64,000 nucleotides of DNA from contig CM060734.1 in NCBI GenBank assembly GCA_030704615.1, forward strand, positions 27,094,001 through 27,158,000, read 5' to 3'. The notes under the pieces are model-generated. The model saw only the letters and a list, made by a program, of their open reading frames with translations. It was not told the origin of the DNA and searched no databases. The stretch is from Takakia lepidozioides (Eukaryota > Plantae > Bryophyta). Numbering within the stretch: position 1 is the stretch's first letter; each line of letters begins with the position of its first letter. The position numbers and the translations under genes are program-made. This document shows positions 11,160 to 26,500 of this stretch, piece by piece.

Positions 11160-14100
11160 CAACACACGCACTCGCCATGTTTGAAAGCAATCAAAATCAA
11201 TTTGAACATCGAACGATGGGTTCACCCTTTGAATCAATTTCGATTTTACCTTATACTCCACACGTCCCTCTGACAAGGTAGTTGGTCCAAACTACACGCG
11301 CATTGTTTGAAAGCAATCAAAAATCATTTGAACATCGACGATGGGTTCACCCTTTCAATCATTTTTGATTGACTTCATACTTGAGAGGAGCATGTGACAG
11401 GTATGTCCACACACCTCGCAAAGATTGAACGCAATCAAAAATTCATTTGAACATCGAACGATGGTTCACCCTTTCAATCAATTTTGATTGACGTGATACT
11501 CCACACGTACCTCGACAAGGTATGTCCAACACACTCGCAATGTTTGAAAGCAATCAAAAATCATTTGAACATCGAACGATGGGTTCACCCTTTCAATCAA
11601 TTTTGATTGACTTCATACTTGAAGGCTGTGACAAGGTATGTCCAACACACTCGCAAAGATTGAAAGCAATCAAAATTCATTTGAACATCGAACGATGGTT
11701 CACCCTTGAATCAATTTGATTGACCTGATACTTACACGACCTCTGACAAGGTATGTCCAACACCTCGCAATGTTTGAAAGCAATCAAAAATCATTTGAAC
11801 ATCGACGATGGGTTCACCCTTTCAATCAATTTTGATTGACTTCATACTTGAGAGGAGCAGTGACAAGGTATGTCCAACACACTCGCAAGATTGAAGCAAT
11901 CAAAAATTCATTTGAACATCGAACGATGGGTTCACCCTTTGAATCAATTTTGATTGACGTCATACTCCACACGTACCTCTGACAAGGTATGTCCACCACA
12001 CTCGCAATGTTGAAAGCAATCAAAAAATCATTTGAACATCGAACGATGGTTTCACCCTTTCAATCAATTTTGATTGACTCATACTTGGAGGAGCATGTGA
12101 CAAGGTATGTCCAACACACTCGCAAAGATTGAAAGCAATCAAAATTCATTTGAACATCGACGATGGGTTCACCCTTTGAATCAATTTCGATTGACTTGAT
12201 ACTCGACACGTACATCTGACCAGGTATGTCCAACACACTCGCAATGTTTGAAAGCAATCAAAAGATCATTTGAACATCGAACGATGGGTTCACCCTTTCA
12301 ATCAATTTTGATTGACTTCATACTTGAGAGGAGCATGTGACAAGGTATGTCCAACACACTCGCAATGTTTTGAAAGCAATCAAAATTCATTTGAACATCG
12401 AACGATGGGTTCACCCTTTCAATCAATTCTGATTGACTTCATACTTGAGAGGAGCATTGACAAGGTATTCCAACACACTCGCAATGTTTGAAAGCAATCA
12501 AAAATCATTTGAACATCGAACGATGGTTTCACCCTTTCAATCAATTTTGATTGACTTCATACTTGAGAGGAGCATGTGACAAGGTATGTCCAACACTCGC
12601 AAGATTGAAAGCAATCAAAATTCATTTGAACATCGAACGATGGGTTCACCCTTTCAATCAATTTTGATTGACTTCATACTTGAGAGGAGCATGTGACAAG
12701 GTATGTCCAACACACTCGCAAAGATTGAAAGCAATCAAAATTCATTTGAACATCGAACGATGGGTTCACCCTTTGAATCAATTTCGATTGACCTGATACT
12801 CCACACGTACCTCTGACAAGGTATGTCCAACACACTCGCAATTGTGACGCAATCAAATCATTTGAACATCGAACGATGGTTCACCCTTTCAATCATTTTG
12901 ATTGACTTCATACTTGAGAGGAGCATGTGACAAGGTATGTCCAACACACTCGCAAAGATTGAAAGCAATCAAAATTCATTTGAACATCGAACGATGGGTT
13001 CACCCTTTGAATCAATTTCGATTGACCTGATACTCGACACTACCTCTGACAAGGTATGTCCAACACACTCGCAATGTTTGAAAGCATCAAAAATCATTTG
13101 AACATCGAACGATGGGTTCACCCTTTCAATCAATTTCGATTGACTTCATACTTGAGAGGAGCATGTGACAAGGTATGTCCAACACACTCGCAAAGATTGA
13201 AAGCAATCAAAATTCATTTGAACATCGAACGATGGGTTCACCCTTTGAATCAATTTGATTGACCTCATACTCGACACGTAGCTCTGACAAGGTATGTCCA
13301 ACACACTCGCAATGTTTGAAAGCAATCAAAATCATTTGAACATCGAACGATGGGTTCACCCTTTCATCAATTTCATTGACTTCATACTTGAGAGGACATG
13401 TGACAAGGTATGTCCACACACTCGCAAAGATTGAAAGCAATCAAAAATCATTTGAACATCGAACGATGGGTTCACCCTTTGAATCAATTTCGATTGACCT
13501 CATACTACTCGACAGGTACCTGTGACAAGGTATGTCAACACACTCGCAATGTTTGAAAGCAATCAAAATTCATTTGAACATCGAACGATGGGTTCACCCT
13601 TTCAATCAATTTGATTGACTCATACTTGAGAGGAGCATTTGACAAGGTATGTCCACACACTCGCAATGTTTGAAAGCATCAAAAATTCATTTGAACATCG
13701 AACGATGGGTTCACCCTTTGAATCAATTTCGATTGACCTGATACTTGACACGTACCTCTGACAGGTATGTCCAACACACTCGCAATGTTTGAAAGCAATC
13801 AAAATCATTTGAACATCGAACGATGGGTTCACCCTTCAATCAATTTGATTGACTTCATACTTGAGAGAGCTGTGACAAGGTATGTCCAACACACTCGCAA
13901 TGTTTGAAAGCAATCAAAATCATTTGAACATCGAACGATGGTTCACCCTTTCAATCAATTTTGATTGACTTCATACTTTGAAGGAGCATGTGACAAGGTA
14001 TGTCCAACACACTCGCAAAGATTGAAAGCAATCAAAATTCATTTGAACATCGAACGATGGGTTCACCCTTTCAATCAATTTTGATTGACTTCATACTTGA

Positions 14101-14599
14101 GAGGAGCATGTGACAAGGTATGTCCAACACACGCAAAGATTGAAAGCAATCAAAAATTCATTTGAACATCGAACGATGGGTTCACCCTTGAATCAATTTT
14201 GATTGACGTTCTACACACGTACCTCTGACAAGGTATGTCCAACACACTCGCAATGTTTGAAAGCAATCAAAAATCATTTGAACATCGAACGATGGGTTCA
14301 CCCTTTCAATCATTTTGATTGACTTCTACTTGAGAGCAGCATGACAAGGTATGTCCAACACACTCGCATGTTTGAAAGCAATCAAAAATCATTTGAACAT
14401 CGAACGATGGGTTCACCCTTTCAATCAATTTTGATTGACTTCATACTTGAGAGGAGCATGTGACAAGGTATGTCCAACACACTCGCAAAGTTGAAAGCAA
14501 TCAAAATTCATTTGAACATCGAACGATGGGTTCACCCTTTGAATCAATTTTGATTGACTTCATACTGACAAGCATGTGACAAGGTATGTCCAACACACT

Positions 14600-17500
14600 C
14601 GCAAAGATTGAACAATCAAAATTCATTTGAACATCGAACGATGGGTTCACCCTTTCAATCAATTTGATTGACCTCATACTTGAGAGGAGCATGTGACAAG
14701 GTATGTCCAACACACTCGCAAAGATTGAAAGCAATCAAAAATTCATTTGAACATCGAACGATGGGTTCACCCTTTGAATCAATTTCGATTGACCTCATAC
14801 TTGAGAGGTAGCATCTGACAAGGTATGTCCAACACACTCGCAAAGATTGAAAGCAATCAAAATTCATTTGAACATCGAACGATGGGTTCACCCTTTGAAT
14901 CATTTATTGACCTGATACTCCACACGTACCTCTGACAAGGTATGTCCAACACACTCGCAATGTTTGAAAGCAATCAAAATCATTGAACATCGAACGATGG
15001 GTTCACCCTTTCAATCAATTTGATTGACTTCATACTTGAGAGGAGCATGTGACAAGGTATGTCCAACACACTCGCATGTTTTGAAAGCAATCAAAAATCA
15101 TTTGAACATCGAACGATGGTTCACCCTTGAATCAATTTCGATTGACCTGATACTCCACACGTCCTCTGACAAGGTATGTCCAACACACTCGCAATGTTGA
15201 AAGCAATCAAAATCATTTGAACATCGACTGAACGATGGGTTCACCCTTTCAATCAATTTGATTGACTTCATACTTGAGAGGAGCATGTGACAAGGTATGT
15301 CCAACACACTCGCAAAGATTGAAAGCAATCAAAAATTCATTTGAACATCGAACGATGGGTTCACCCTTTGAATCAATTTCGATTGACGTGATACTCGACA
15401 CGTACCTCTGACAAGGTATGTCCAACACACTCGCAATGTTTGAAAGCAATCAAAATCATTTGAACATCGAACGATGGGTTCACCCTTTCAATCAATTTTG
15501 ATTGACTTCATACTGAGAGGAGCATGTGACAAGGTATGTCCAACACACTCGCAAAGATTGAAAGCAATCAAAAATTCATTTGAACATCGAACGATGGGTT
15601 CACCCTTTGAATCAATTTTGATTGACCTGATACTTGACACGTACCTCTGACAAGGTATGTCCAACACACTCGCATGTTTGAAAGCAATCAAAAATCATTG
15701 AACATCGAACGATGGGTTCACCCTTTCAATCAATTTTGATTGACTTCATACTTGAGAGGAGCATGTGACAAGGTATGTCCCAACACACTCGCAATGTTTG
15801 AAAGCAATCAAAAATCATTTGAACATCGAACGATGGGTTCACCCTTTCAATCAATTTGATTGACTTCATACTTGAGAGGAGCATGTGACAAGGTATGTCC
15901 AACACACTCGCAAAGATTGAAAGCAATCAAAAATTCATTTGAACATCGAACGATGGGTTCACCCTTTGAATCAATTTCGATTGACCTCATACTCGACACA
16001 CGTACCTCTGACAAGGTATGTCCAACACACTCGCAATGTTTGAAAGCAATCAAAATCATTTGAACATCGAACGATGGTTCACCCTTTCAATCAATTTTGA
16101 TTGACTTCATACTTGAGAGGAGCATGTGACAAGGTATGTCCAACACACTCGCAATGTTTGAAAGCAATCAAAATCATTTGAACATCGAACGATGGGTTCA
16201 CCCTTTCAATCAATTTTGATTGACTTCATACTTGAGAGGAGCATTGACAAGGTATGTCCAACACACTCGCAAAGATTGAAAGCAATCAAAATTCATTTGA
16301 ACATCGAACATGGGTTTCACCCTTTGAATCATTTCGATTGACCTGATACTCGACACGTACCTCTGACAAGGTATGTCCAACACACTCGCAATGTTTGAAA
16401 GCAATCAAAAATTCATTTGAACATCGAACGATGGGTTCACCCTTGAATCAATTTTGATTGACGATACTCGACACGTACCTCTGACAAGGTATGTCCAACA
16501 CACTCGCAATGTTTGAAAGCAATCAAAGATCATTTGAACATCGAACGATGGGTTCACCCTTTCAATCAATTTTGATTGACTTCATACTTGAGAGCCATGT
16601 GACAAGGTATGTCCAACACACTCGCAATGTTTGAAAGCAATCAAAAATCATTTGAACATCGAACGATGGGTTCACCCTTTCAATCAATTTGATTGACTTC
16701 ATACTTGAGAGGAGCATGTGACAAGGTATGTCCAACACACTCGCAAAGATTGAAAGCAATCAAAATTCATTTGAACATCGAACGATGGGTTCACCCTTTG
16801 AATCAATTTCGATTGACCTCATACTTGAGAGGAGCATGTGACAAGGTATGTCCAACACACTCGCAAAGATTTGAAAGCAATCAAATTCATTTGAACATCG
16901 AACGATGGGTTCACCCTTTCAATCATTTTGATTGACCTCATACTTGACAGGAGCTCTGACAAGGTATGTCCAACACACTCGCAATGTTGAAAGCAATCAA
17001 AATTCATTTGAACATCGAACGATGGGTTCACCCTTTCAATCAATTTTGATTGACCTCATACTTGACACGTACCTCTGACAAGGTATGTCCAACACACTCG
17101 CAATGTTTGAAAGCAATCAAAAATCATTTGAACATCGAACGATGGGTTCACCCTTTCAATCAATTTTGATTGACTCATACTTGAGAGGAGCATGTGACAA
17201 GGTATGTCCAACACACTCGCAATGATTGAAAGCAATCAAAATTCATTTGAACATCGAACGATGGGTTCACCTTTGAATCAATTTCGATTGACTTGATACT
17301 TGACGACACGTACCTCTTACAAGGTATGTCCAACACACTCGCAATGTTTGAAAGCAATCAAAATCATTTGAACATCGAACGATGGGTTCACCCTTTCAAT
17401 CATTTTGATTGACTTCATACTTGAGAGGAGCATGTGACAAGGTATGTCCAACACACTCGCAAAGATTGAAAGCAATCAAAATTCATTTGAACATCGAACG

Positions 17501-20500
17501 ATGGTTCACCCTTTCAATCAATTTTGATTGACTTCATACTTGAGAGGAGCATGTGACAAGGTATGTCCAACACACTCGCAAAGATTGAAAGCAATCAAAA
17601 ATCATTTGAACATCGAACGATGGTTTCACCCTTTGAATCAATTTCGATTGACCTCATACTCGACACGTACCTCTGACAAGTATGTCCAACACACTCGCAT
17701 GTTTGAAAGCAATCAAAATTCATTTGAACATCGAACGATGGGTTCACCCTTTCAATCAATTTTGATTGACTTCATACTTGAGAGGAGCATGTGACAAGTA
17801 TGTCCAACACACTCGCAAAGATTGAAAGCAATCAAATTCATTTGAACATCGAACGATGGGTTCACCCTTTGAATCAATTTCGATTGACCTCATACTTGAG
17901 AGGAGCATGTGACAAGGTATGTCCAACACACGCAATGATTGAAAGCAATCAAAAATTCATTTGAACATCGAACGATGGGTTCACCCTTTCAATCAATTTG
18001 ATTGACTTCATACTTGAGAGGACATGTGACAAGGTATGTCCAACACACTCGCAAGATTGAAAGCAATCAAAAATTCATTTGAACATCGAACGATGGGTTC
18101 ACCCTTTGAATCATTTCGATTGACTTGATACTTGACGTACATCTGACAAGGTATGTCCAACACACTCGCAATGTTTGAAAGCAATCAAAAATCATTTGAA
18201 CATCGAACGATGGGTTCACCCTTTCAATCAATTTCGATTGACTTCATACTTGACACGACATCTGACAAGGTATGTCCAACACACTCGCAATGTTTGAAAG
18301 CAATCAAATCATTTGAACATCGAACGATGGGTTCACCCTTTCAATCAATTTTTGATTGACTTCATACTTGAGAGGAGCATGTGACAAGGTATGTCCAACA
18401 CACTCGCAAAGATTGAAAGCAATCAAATTCATTTGAACATCGAACGATGGGTTCACCCTTTGAATCAATTTCGATTGACCTGATACTCGACACGTACCTC
18501 TGACAAGGTATGTCCAACACACTCGCAATGTTTGAAAGCAATCAAAATCATTTGAACATCGAACGATGGGTTCACCCTTTCAATCAATTTTGATTGACTT
18601 CATACTTGAGAGGAGCATGTGACAAGGTATGTCCAACACACTCGCAAAGATTGAAAGCAATCAAAAATCATTTGAACATCGAACGATGGGTTCACCTTTG
18701 AATCATTTTCGATTGACCTGATACTCCACACGTACCTCTGACAAGGTATGTCCAACACACTCGCAATGTTTGAAAGCAATCAAAATCATTTGAACATCGA
18801 ACGATGGTTCACCCTTTCAATCAATTTTGATTGACTTCATACTTGAGAGGAGCATGTGACAAGGTATGTCCAACACACTCGCAAAGATTGAAAGCAATCA
18901 AAAATCATTTGAACATCGAACGATGGGTTCACCCTTTGAATCATTTTGATTGACCTTACTCCACACGTACCTCTGACAAGGTATGTCCAACACACTCGCA
19001 ATGTTTGAAAGCAATCAAAATCATTTGAACATCGAACGATGGGTTCACCCTTTCAATCAATTTTGATTGACTTCATACTTGAGAGGAGCATGTGACAAGG
19101 TATGTCCAACACACTCGCAAAGATTGAAAGCAATCAAAAATTCATTTGAACATCGAACGATGGGTTCACCCTTTGAATCAATTTTGATTGACCTGATACT
19201 CGACACGTACCTCTGACAAGGTATGTCCACACACTCGCAATGTTGAAAGCAATCAAAAATCATTTGAACATCGAACGATGGGTTCACCCTTTCAATCATT
19301 TTGATTGACTTCATACTTGAGAGGAGCATGTGACAAGGTATGTCCAACACACTCGCAAGATTGAAAGCAATCAAAATTCATTTGAACATCGAACGATGGG
19401 TTCACCCTTTGAATCAATTTCGATTGACCTGATACTCGACACGTACCTCTGACAAGGTATGTCCAACACACTCGCAATGTTTGAAAGCAATCAAAAATCA
19501 TTTGAACATCGAACGATGGGTTCACCCTTTCAATCAATTTTGATTGACTTCATACTTGAGAGGAGCATGTGACAAGGTATGTCCAACACACTCGCAAAGA
19601 TTGAAAGCAATCAAAAATTCATTTGAACATCGAACGATGGGTTCACCCTTTGAATCAATTTCGATTGACTTGATACTCGACACGTACCTCTGACAAGGTA
19701 TGTCCAACACACTCGCAATGTTTGAAAGCAATCAAAAATCATTTGAACATCGAACGATGGGTTCACCCTTTCAATCAATTTTGATTGACTTCATACTTGA
19801 GAGGAGCATGTGACAAGGTATGTCCAACACACTCGCAAAGTTTGAAAGCAATCAAAAATCATTTGAACATCGAACGATGGGTTCACCCTTTCAATCAATT
19901 TTGATTGACTTCATACTTGAGAGGAGCATGTGACAAGGTATGTCCAACACACTCGCAATGTTTGAAAGCAATCAAAAATCATTTGAACATCGAACGATGG
20001 GTTCACCCTTTCAATCAATTTTGATTGACTTCATACTTGAGAGGAGCATGTGACAAGGTATGTCCAACACACTCGCAAAGATTGAAAGCAATCAAAATCA
20101 TTTGAACATCGAACGATGGTTCACCCTTTCAATCAATTTTGATTGACTTCATACTTGAGAGGAGCATGTGACAAGGTATGTCCAACACACTCGCAAAGAT
20201 TGAAAGCAATCAAAATTCATTTGAACATCGAACGATGGGTTCACCCTTTGAATCAATTTCGATTGACCTGATACTCCACACGTACCTCTGACAAGGTATG
20301 TCCAACACACTCGCAATGTTTGAAAGCAATCAAAAATTCATTTGAACATCGAACGATGGGTTCACCCTTTCAATCAATTTTGATTGACTTCATACTTGAG
20401 AGGAGCATGTGACAAGGTATGTCCAACACACTCGCAAAGATTGAAAGCAATCAAAATTCATTTGAACATCGAACGATGGGTTCACCCTTTCAATCAATTT

Positions 20501-23500
20501 CGATTGACCTGATACTCGACACGTACCTCTGACAAGGTATGTCCAACACACTCGCAATGTTTGAAAGCAATCAAAAATCATTTGAACATCGAACGATGGT
20601 TTCACCCTTTGAATCAATTTTGATTGACTTCATACTTGACACGTACCTGTGACAAGGTATGTCCACACACTCGCAATGTTTGAAAGCAATCAAAATCATT
20701 TGAACATCGAACGATGGGTTCACCCTTTCAATCAATTTTGATTGACTTCATACTTGAGAGGAGCATGTGACAAGGTATGTCCAACACACTCGCAAAGATT
20801 GAAAGCAATCAAAAATCATTTGAACATCGAACGATGGGTTCACCCTTTCAATCAATTTTGATTGACTTCATACTTGAGAGGAGCATGTGACAAGGTATGT
20901 CCAACACACTCGCAAAGATTGAAAGCAATCAAAAATTCATTTGAACATCGAACGATGGGTTCACCCTTTGAATCAATTTCGATTGACCTCATACTTGAGA
21001 CGTACCTCTGACAAGGTATGTCCAACACACTCGCAATGTTTGAAAGCAATCAAAAATCATTTGAACATCGAACGATGGTTCACCCTTTCAATCAATTTTG
21101 ATTGACTTCATACTTGAGACAGCATGTGACAAGGTATGTCCAACACACTCGCAATGTTGAAAGCAATCAAAAATCATTTGAACATCGAACGATGGGTTCA
21201 CCCTTTCAATCAATTTTGATTGACTTCATACTTGAGAGGAGCATGTGACAAGGTATGTCCAACACACTCGCAATGATTGAAAGCAATCAAAAATCATTTG
21301 AACATCGAACGATGGGTTCACCCTTCAATCAATTTTGATTGACTTCATACTTGACAGGACCTCTGACAAGGTATGTCCAACACACTCGCAATGTTTGAAA
21401 GCAATCAAAAATCATTTGAACATCGAACGATGGGTTCACACCCTTTCAATCAATTTTGATTGACTTCATACTTGAGAGGAGCATGTGACAAGGTATGTCC
21501 AACACACTCGCAAGATTGAAAGCAATCAAAAATTCATTTGAACATCGAACGATGGTTCACCCTTTGAATCAATTTCGATTGACCTCATACTTGAGAGAGC
21601 ATCTGACAAGGTATGTCCAACACACTCGCAAAGTTGAAAGCAATCAAAATTCATTTGAACATCGAACGATGGGTTCACCCTTTCAATCAATTTTGATTGA
21701 CTTCATACTTGAGAGGAGCATGTGACAAGGTATGTCCAACACACTCGCAAAGATTGAAAGCAATCAAAATTCATTTGAACATCGAACGATGGTTCACCCT
21801 TTGAATCAATTTCGATTGACTTCATACTTGACACGTACCTCTGACAAGGTATGTCCAACACACTCGCAATGTTTGAAAGCAATCAAAATCATTTGAACAT
21901 CGAACGATGGTTCACCCTTTCATCAATTTGATTGACTTCATACTTGACAGGACCTCTGACAAGGTATGTCCAACACACTCGCAATGTTGAAAGCAATCAA
22001 AAATCATTTGAACATCGAACGATGGGTTCACCCTTTCAATCATTTTGATTGACTTCATACTTGAGAGGAGCATGTGACAAGGTATGTCCAACACACTCGC
22101 AATGATTGAAAGCAATCAAAAATCATTTGAACATCGAACGATGGGTTCACCCTTTGAATCAATTTCGATTGACTGATACTCCCACGTACCTCTGACAAGG
22201 TATCCAACACACTCGCAATGTTTGAAAGCAATCAAAATCATTTGAACATCGAACGATGGGTTCACCCTTTCAATCAATTTTGATTGACTTCATACTTGAG
22301 AGGAGCATGTGACAAGGTATGTCCAACACACTCGCAAAGATTGAAAGCAATCAAAATCATTTGAACATCGAACGATGGGTTCACCCTTTCAATCAATTTG
22401 ATTGACTTCATACTTGAGAGGAGCATGTGACAAGGTATGTCCAACACACTCGCAATGTTGAAAGCAATCAAAAATTCATTTGAACATCGAACGATGGGTT
22501 CACCCTTTCAATCAATTTTGATTGACTTCATACTTGAGAGGAGCATGTGACAAGGTATGTCCAACACACTCGCAATGATTGAAAGCAATCAAAAATCATT
22601 TGAACATCGAACGATGGGTTCACCCTTTCAATCAATTTTGATTGACTTCATACTTGAGAGGAGCATGTGACAAGGTATGTCCAACACACTCGCAAAGATT
22701 GAAAGCAATCAAAATTCATTTGAACATCGAACGATGGGTTCACCCTTTGAATCAATTTCGATTGACCTGATACTCGACACGTACCTCTGACAAGGTATGT
22801 CCAACACACTCGCATGTTTGAAAGCAATCAAAATCATTTGAACATCGAACGATGGGTTCACCCTTTCAATCAATTTTGATTGACTTCATACTTGAGAGGA
22901 CCTCTGACAAGGTATGTCCAACACACTCGCATGTTTGAAAGCAATCAAAATCATTTGAACATCGAACGATGGGTTCACCCTTTCAATCAATTTGATTGAC
23001 TTCATACTTGAGAGGAGCATGTGACAAGGTATGTCCAACACACTCGCAAAGATTGAAAGCAATCAAAATTCATTTGAACATCGAACGATGGGTTCACCCT
23101 TTCAATCAATTTTCGATTGACTTGATACTTGACACGTACCTGTGACAAGGTATGTCCAACACACTCGCAATGTTGAAAGCAATCAAAATCATTTGAACAT
23201 CGAACGATGGGTTCACCCCTTCAATCAATTTTGATTGACTTCATACTTGAGAGGACATGTGACAGGTATGTCCAACACACTCGCAAAGTTTGAAAGCAAT
23301 CAAAATTCATTTGAACATCGAACGATGGGTTCACCCTTTCAATCAATTTGATTGACTTCATACTTGAGAGGAGCATGTGACAAGGTATGTCCAACACACT
23401 CGCAAGATTGAAAGCAATCAAAAATCATTTGAACATCGAACGATGGGTTCACCCTTTGAATCAATTTCGATTGACCTGATACTCGACACGTACCTCTGAC

Positions 23501-26500
23501 AAGGTATGTCCAACACACTCGCAATGTTTGAAAGCAATCAAAATTCATTTGAACATCGAACGATGGGTTCACCCTTTCAATCAATTTTGATTGACTTCAT
23601 ACTTGAGAGGAGCATGTGACAAGGTATGTCCAACACACTCGCAAATTGAAAGCAATCAAAATTCATTTGAACATCGAACGATGGGTTCACCCTTGAATCA
23701 ATTTTGATTGACTTCATACTTGAGAGGAGCATGACAAGGTATGTCCAACACACTCGCAAGATTGAAAGCAATCAAAATTCATTTGAACATCGAACGATGG
23801 GTTCACCCTTTCAATCAATTTTGATTGACTTCATACTTGAGAGGAGCATGTGACAAGGTATGTCCAACACCTCGCAAAGTTGAAAGCAATCAAAAATTCA
23901 TTTGAACATCGAACGATGGGTTCACCCTTGAATCAATTTCGATTGACTGATACTTGACACGTACCTCTGACAAGGTATGTCCAACACACTCGCAATGTTG
24001 AAAGCAATCAAAATCATTTGAACATCGAACGATGGGTTCACCCTTTCAATCAATTTTGATTGACTTCATACTTGAGAGGAGCATGTGACAAGGTATGTCC
24101 AACACACTCGCAATGATTGAAAGCAATCAAAATCATTTGAACATCGAACGATGGGTTCACCCTTGAATCAATTTCGATTGACCTGATACTCGACACGTAC
24201 CTCTGACAAGGTATGTCCAACACACTCGCAATGTTTGAAAGCAATCAAAAATCATTTGAACATCGAACGATGGGTTCACCCTTTCAATCAATTTTGATTG
24301 ACTTCATACTTGAGAGGAGCATGTGACAAGGTATGTCCAACACACTCTCGCAAATTGAAAGCAATCAAAAATTCATTTGAACATCGAACGATGGGTTCAC
24401 CCTTTGAATCAATTTCGATTGACTTCATACTTGAGAGGAGCATGTGACAAGGTATGTCCACACACTCGCAAAGATTGAAAGCAATCAAAATTCATTTGAA
24501 CATCGAACGATGGGTTCACCCTTTCAATCAATTTTGATTGACTCATACTTGAGAGGAGCATGTGACAAGGTATGTCCAACACACTCGCAAAGATTGAAAG
24601 CAATCAAAAATTCATTTGAACATCGAACGATGGGTTCACCCTTTGAATCAATTTCGATTGACCTGATACTCGACCGTACCTCTGACAAGGTATGTCCAAC
24701 ACACTCGCAATGTTTGAAAGCAATCAAAATCATTTGAACATCGAACGATGGGTTCACCCTTTCAATCAATTTTGATTGACTTCATACTTGAGAGGAGCAT
24801 GTGACAAGGTATGTCCAACACACTCGCAATGATTGAAAGCAATCAAAAATCATTTGAACATCGAACGATGGGTTCACCCTTTGAATCAATTTCGATTGAC
24901 CTGATACTCGACAGTACCTCTGACAAGGTATGTCCAACACACTCGCAATGTTTGAAAGCAATCAAAAATCATTTGAACATCGAACGATGGGTTCACCCTT
25001 TCAATCAATTTTGATTGACTTCATACTTGAGAGGAGCATGTGACAAGGTATGTCCAACACACTCGCAAAGATTGAAAGCAATCAAAAATTCATTTGAACA
25101 TCGAACGATGGGTTCACCCTTTCAATCAATTTCGATTGACTGATACTCGACACGTACCTCTGACAAGGTATGTCCAACACACTCGCAATGTTTGAAAGCA
25201 ATCAAAATCATTTGAACATCGAACGATGGGTTCACCCTTTCAATCAATTTTGATTGACTTCATACTTGAGAGGAGCATGTGACAAGGTATGTCCAACACA
25301 CTCGCAAGTTTGAAAGCAATCAAAATTCATTTGAACATCGAACGATGGGTTCACCCTTTCAATCAATTTTGATTGACTTCATACTTGAGAGGAGCATGTG
25401 ACAAGGTATGTCCAACACACTCGCAAAGATTGAAAGCAATCAAAAATCATTTGAACATCGAACGATGGGTTCACCCTTTGAATCAATTTCGATTGACTGA
25501 TACTCGACACGTACCTCTGACAAGGTATGTCCAACACACTCGCAATGTTTGAAAGCAATCAAAAATTCATTTGAACATCGAACGATGGGTTCACCCTTTC
25601 AATCAATTTTGATTGACTTCATACTTGAGAGGAGCATGTGACAAGGTATGTCCAACACACTCGCAAAGTTTGAAAGCAATCAAAAATCATTTGAACATCG
25701 AACGATGGGTTCACCCTTTCAATCAATTTCGATTGACTTCATACTTGAGAGGAGCATGTGACAAGGTATGTCCAACACACTCGCAAAGATTGAAAGCAAT
25801 CAAAAATTCATTTGAACATCGAACGATGGGTTCACCCTTTGAATCAATTTTGATTGACCTGATACTCGACACGTACCTCTGACAAGGTATGTCCAACACA
25901 CTCGCAATGTTTGAAAGCAATCAAAATCATTTGAACATCGAACGATGGGTTCACCCTTTCAATCAATTTTGATTGACTTCATACTTGAGAGGAGCATGTG
26001 ACAAGGTATGTCCAACACACTCGCAAAGATTGAAAGCAATCAAAAATCATTTGAACATCGAACGATGGGTTCACCCTTTGAATCAATTTCGATTGACCTG
26101 ATACTCGACACGTACCTCTGACAAGGTATGTCCAACACACTCGCAATGTTTGAAAGCAATCAAAAATCATTTGAACATCGAACGATGGGTTCACCCTTTC
26201 AATCAATTTTGATTGACTTCATACTTGAGAGGAGCATGTGACAAGGTATGTCCAACACACTCGCAAAGATTGAAAGCAATCAAAAATTCATTTGAACATC
26301 GAACGATGGGTTCACCCTTTGAATCAATTTCGATTGACCTGATACTCGACACGTACCTCTGACAAGGTATGTCCAACACACTCGCAATGTTTGAAAGCAA
26401 TCAAAAATCATTTGAACATCGAACGATGGGTTCACCCTTTCAATCAATTTTGATTGACTTCATACTTGAGAGGAGCATGTGACAAGGTATGTCCAACACA

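Noticed and set aside
10563-11281. Six long ORFs of 179-237 aa spanning the gap
   Set aside because: They are open only because N codons contain no stops.
10000-12000. Foldback or palindromic chimera, or MITE-like giant terminal inverted repeats around the gap
   Set aside because: The monomer order and diagnostic variants on the two sides are not mirror images, and no transposon features or target-site duplication are visible.
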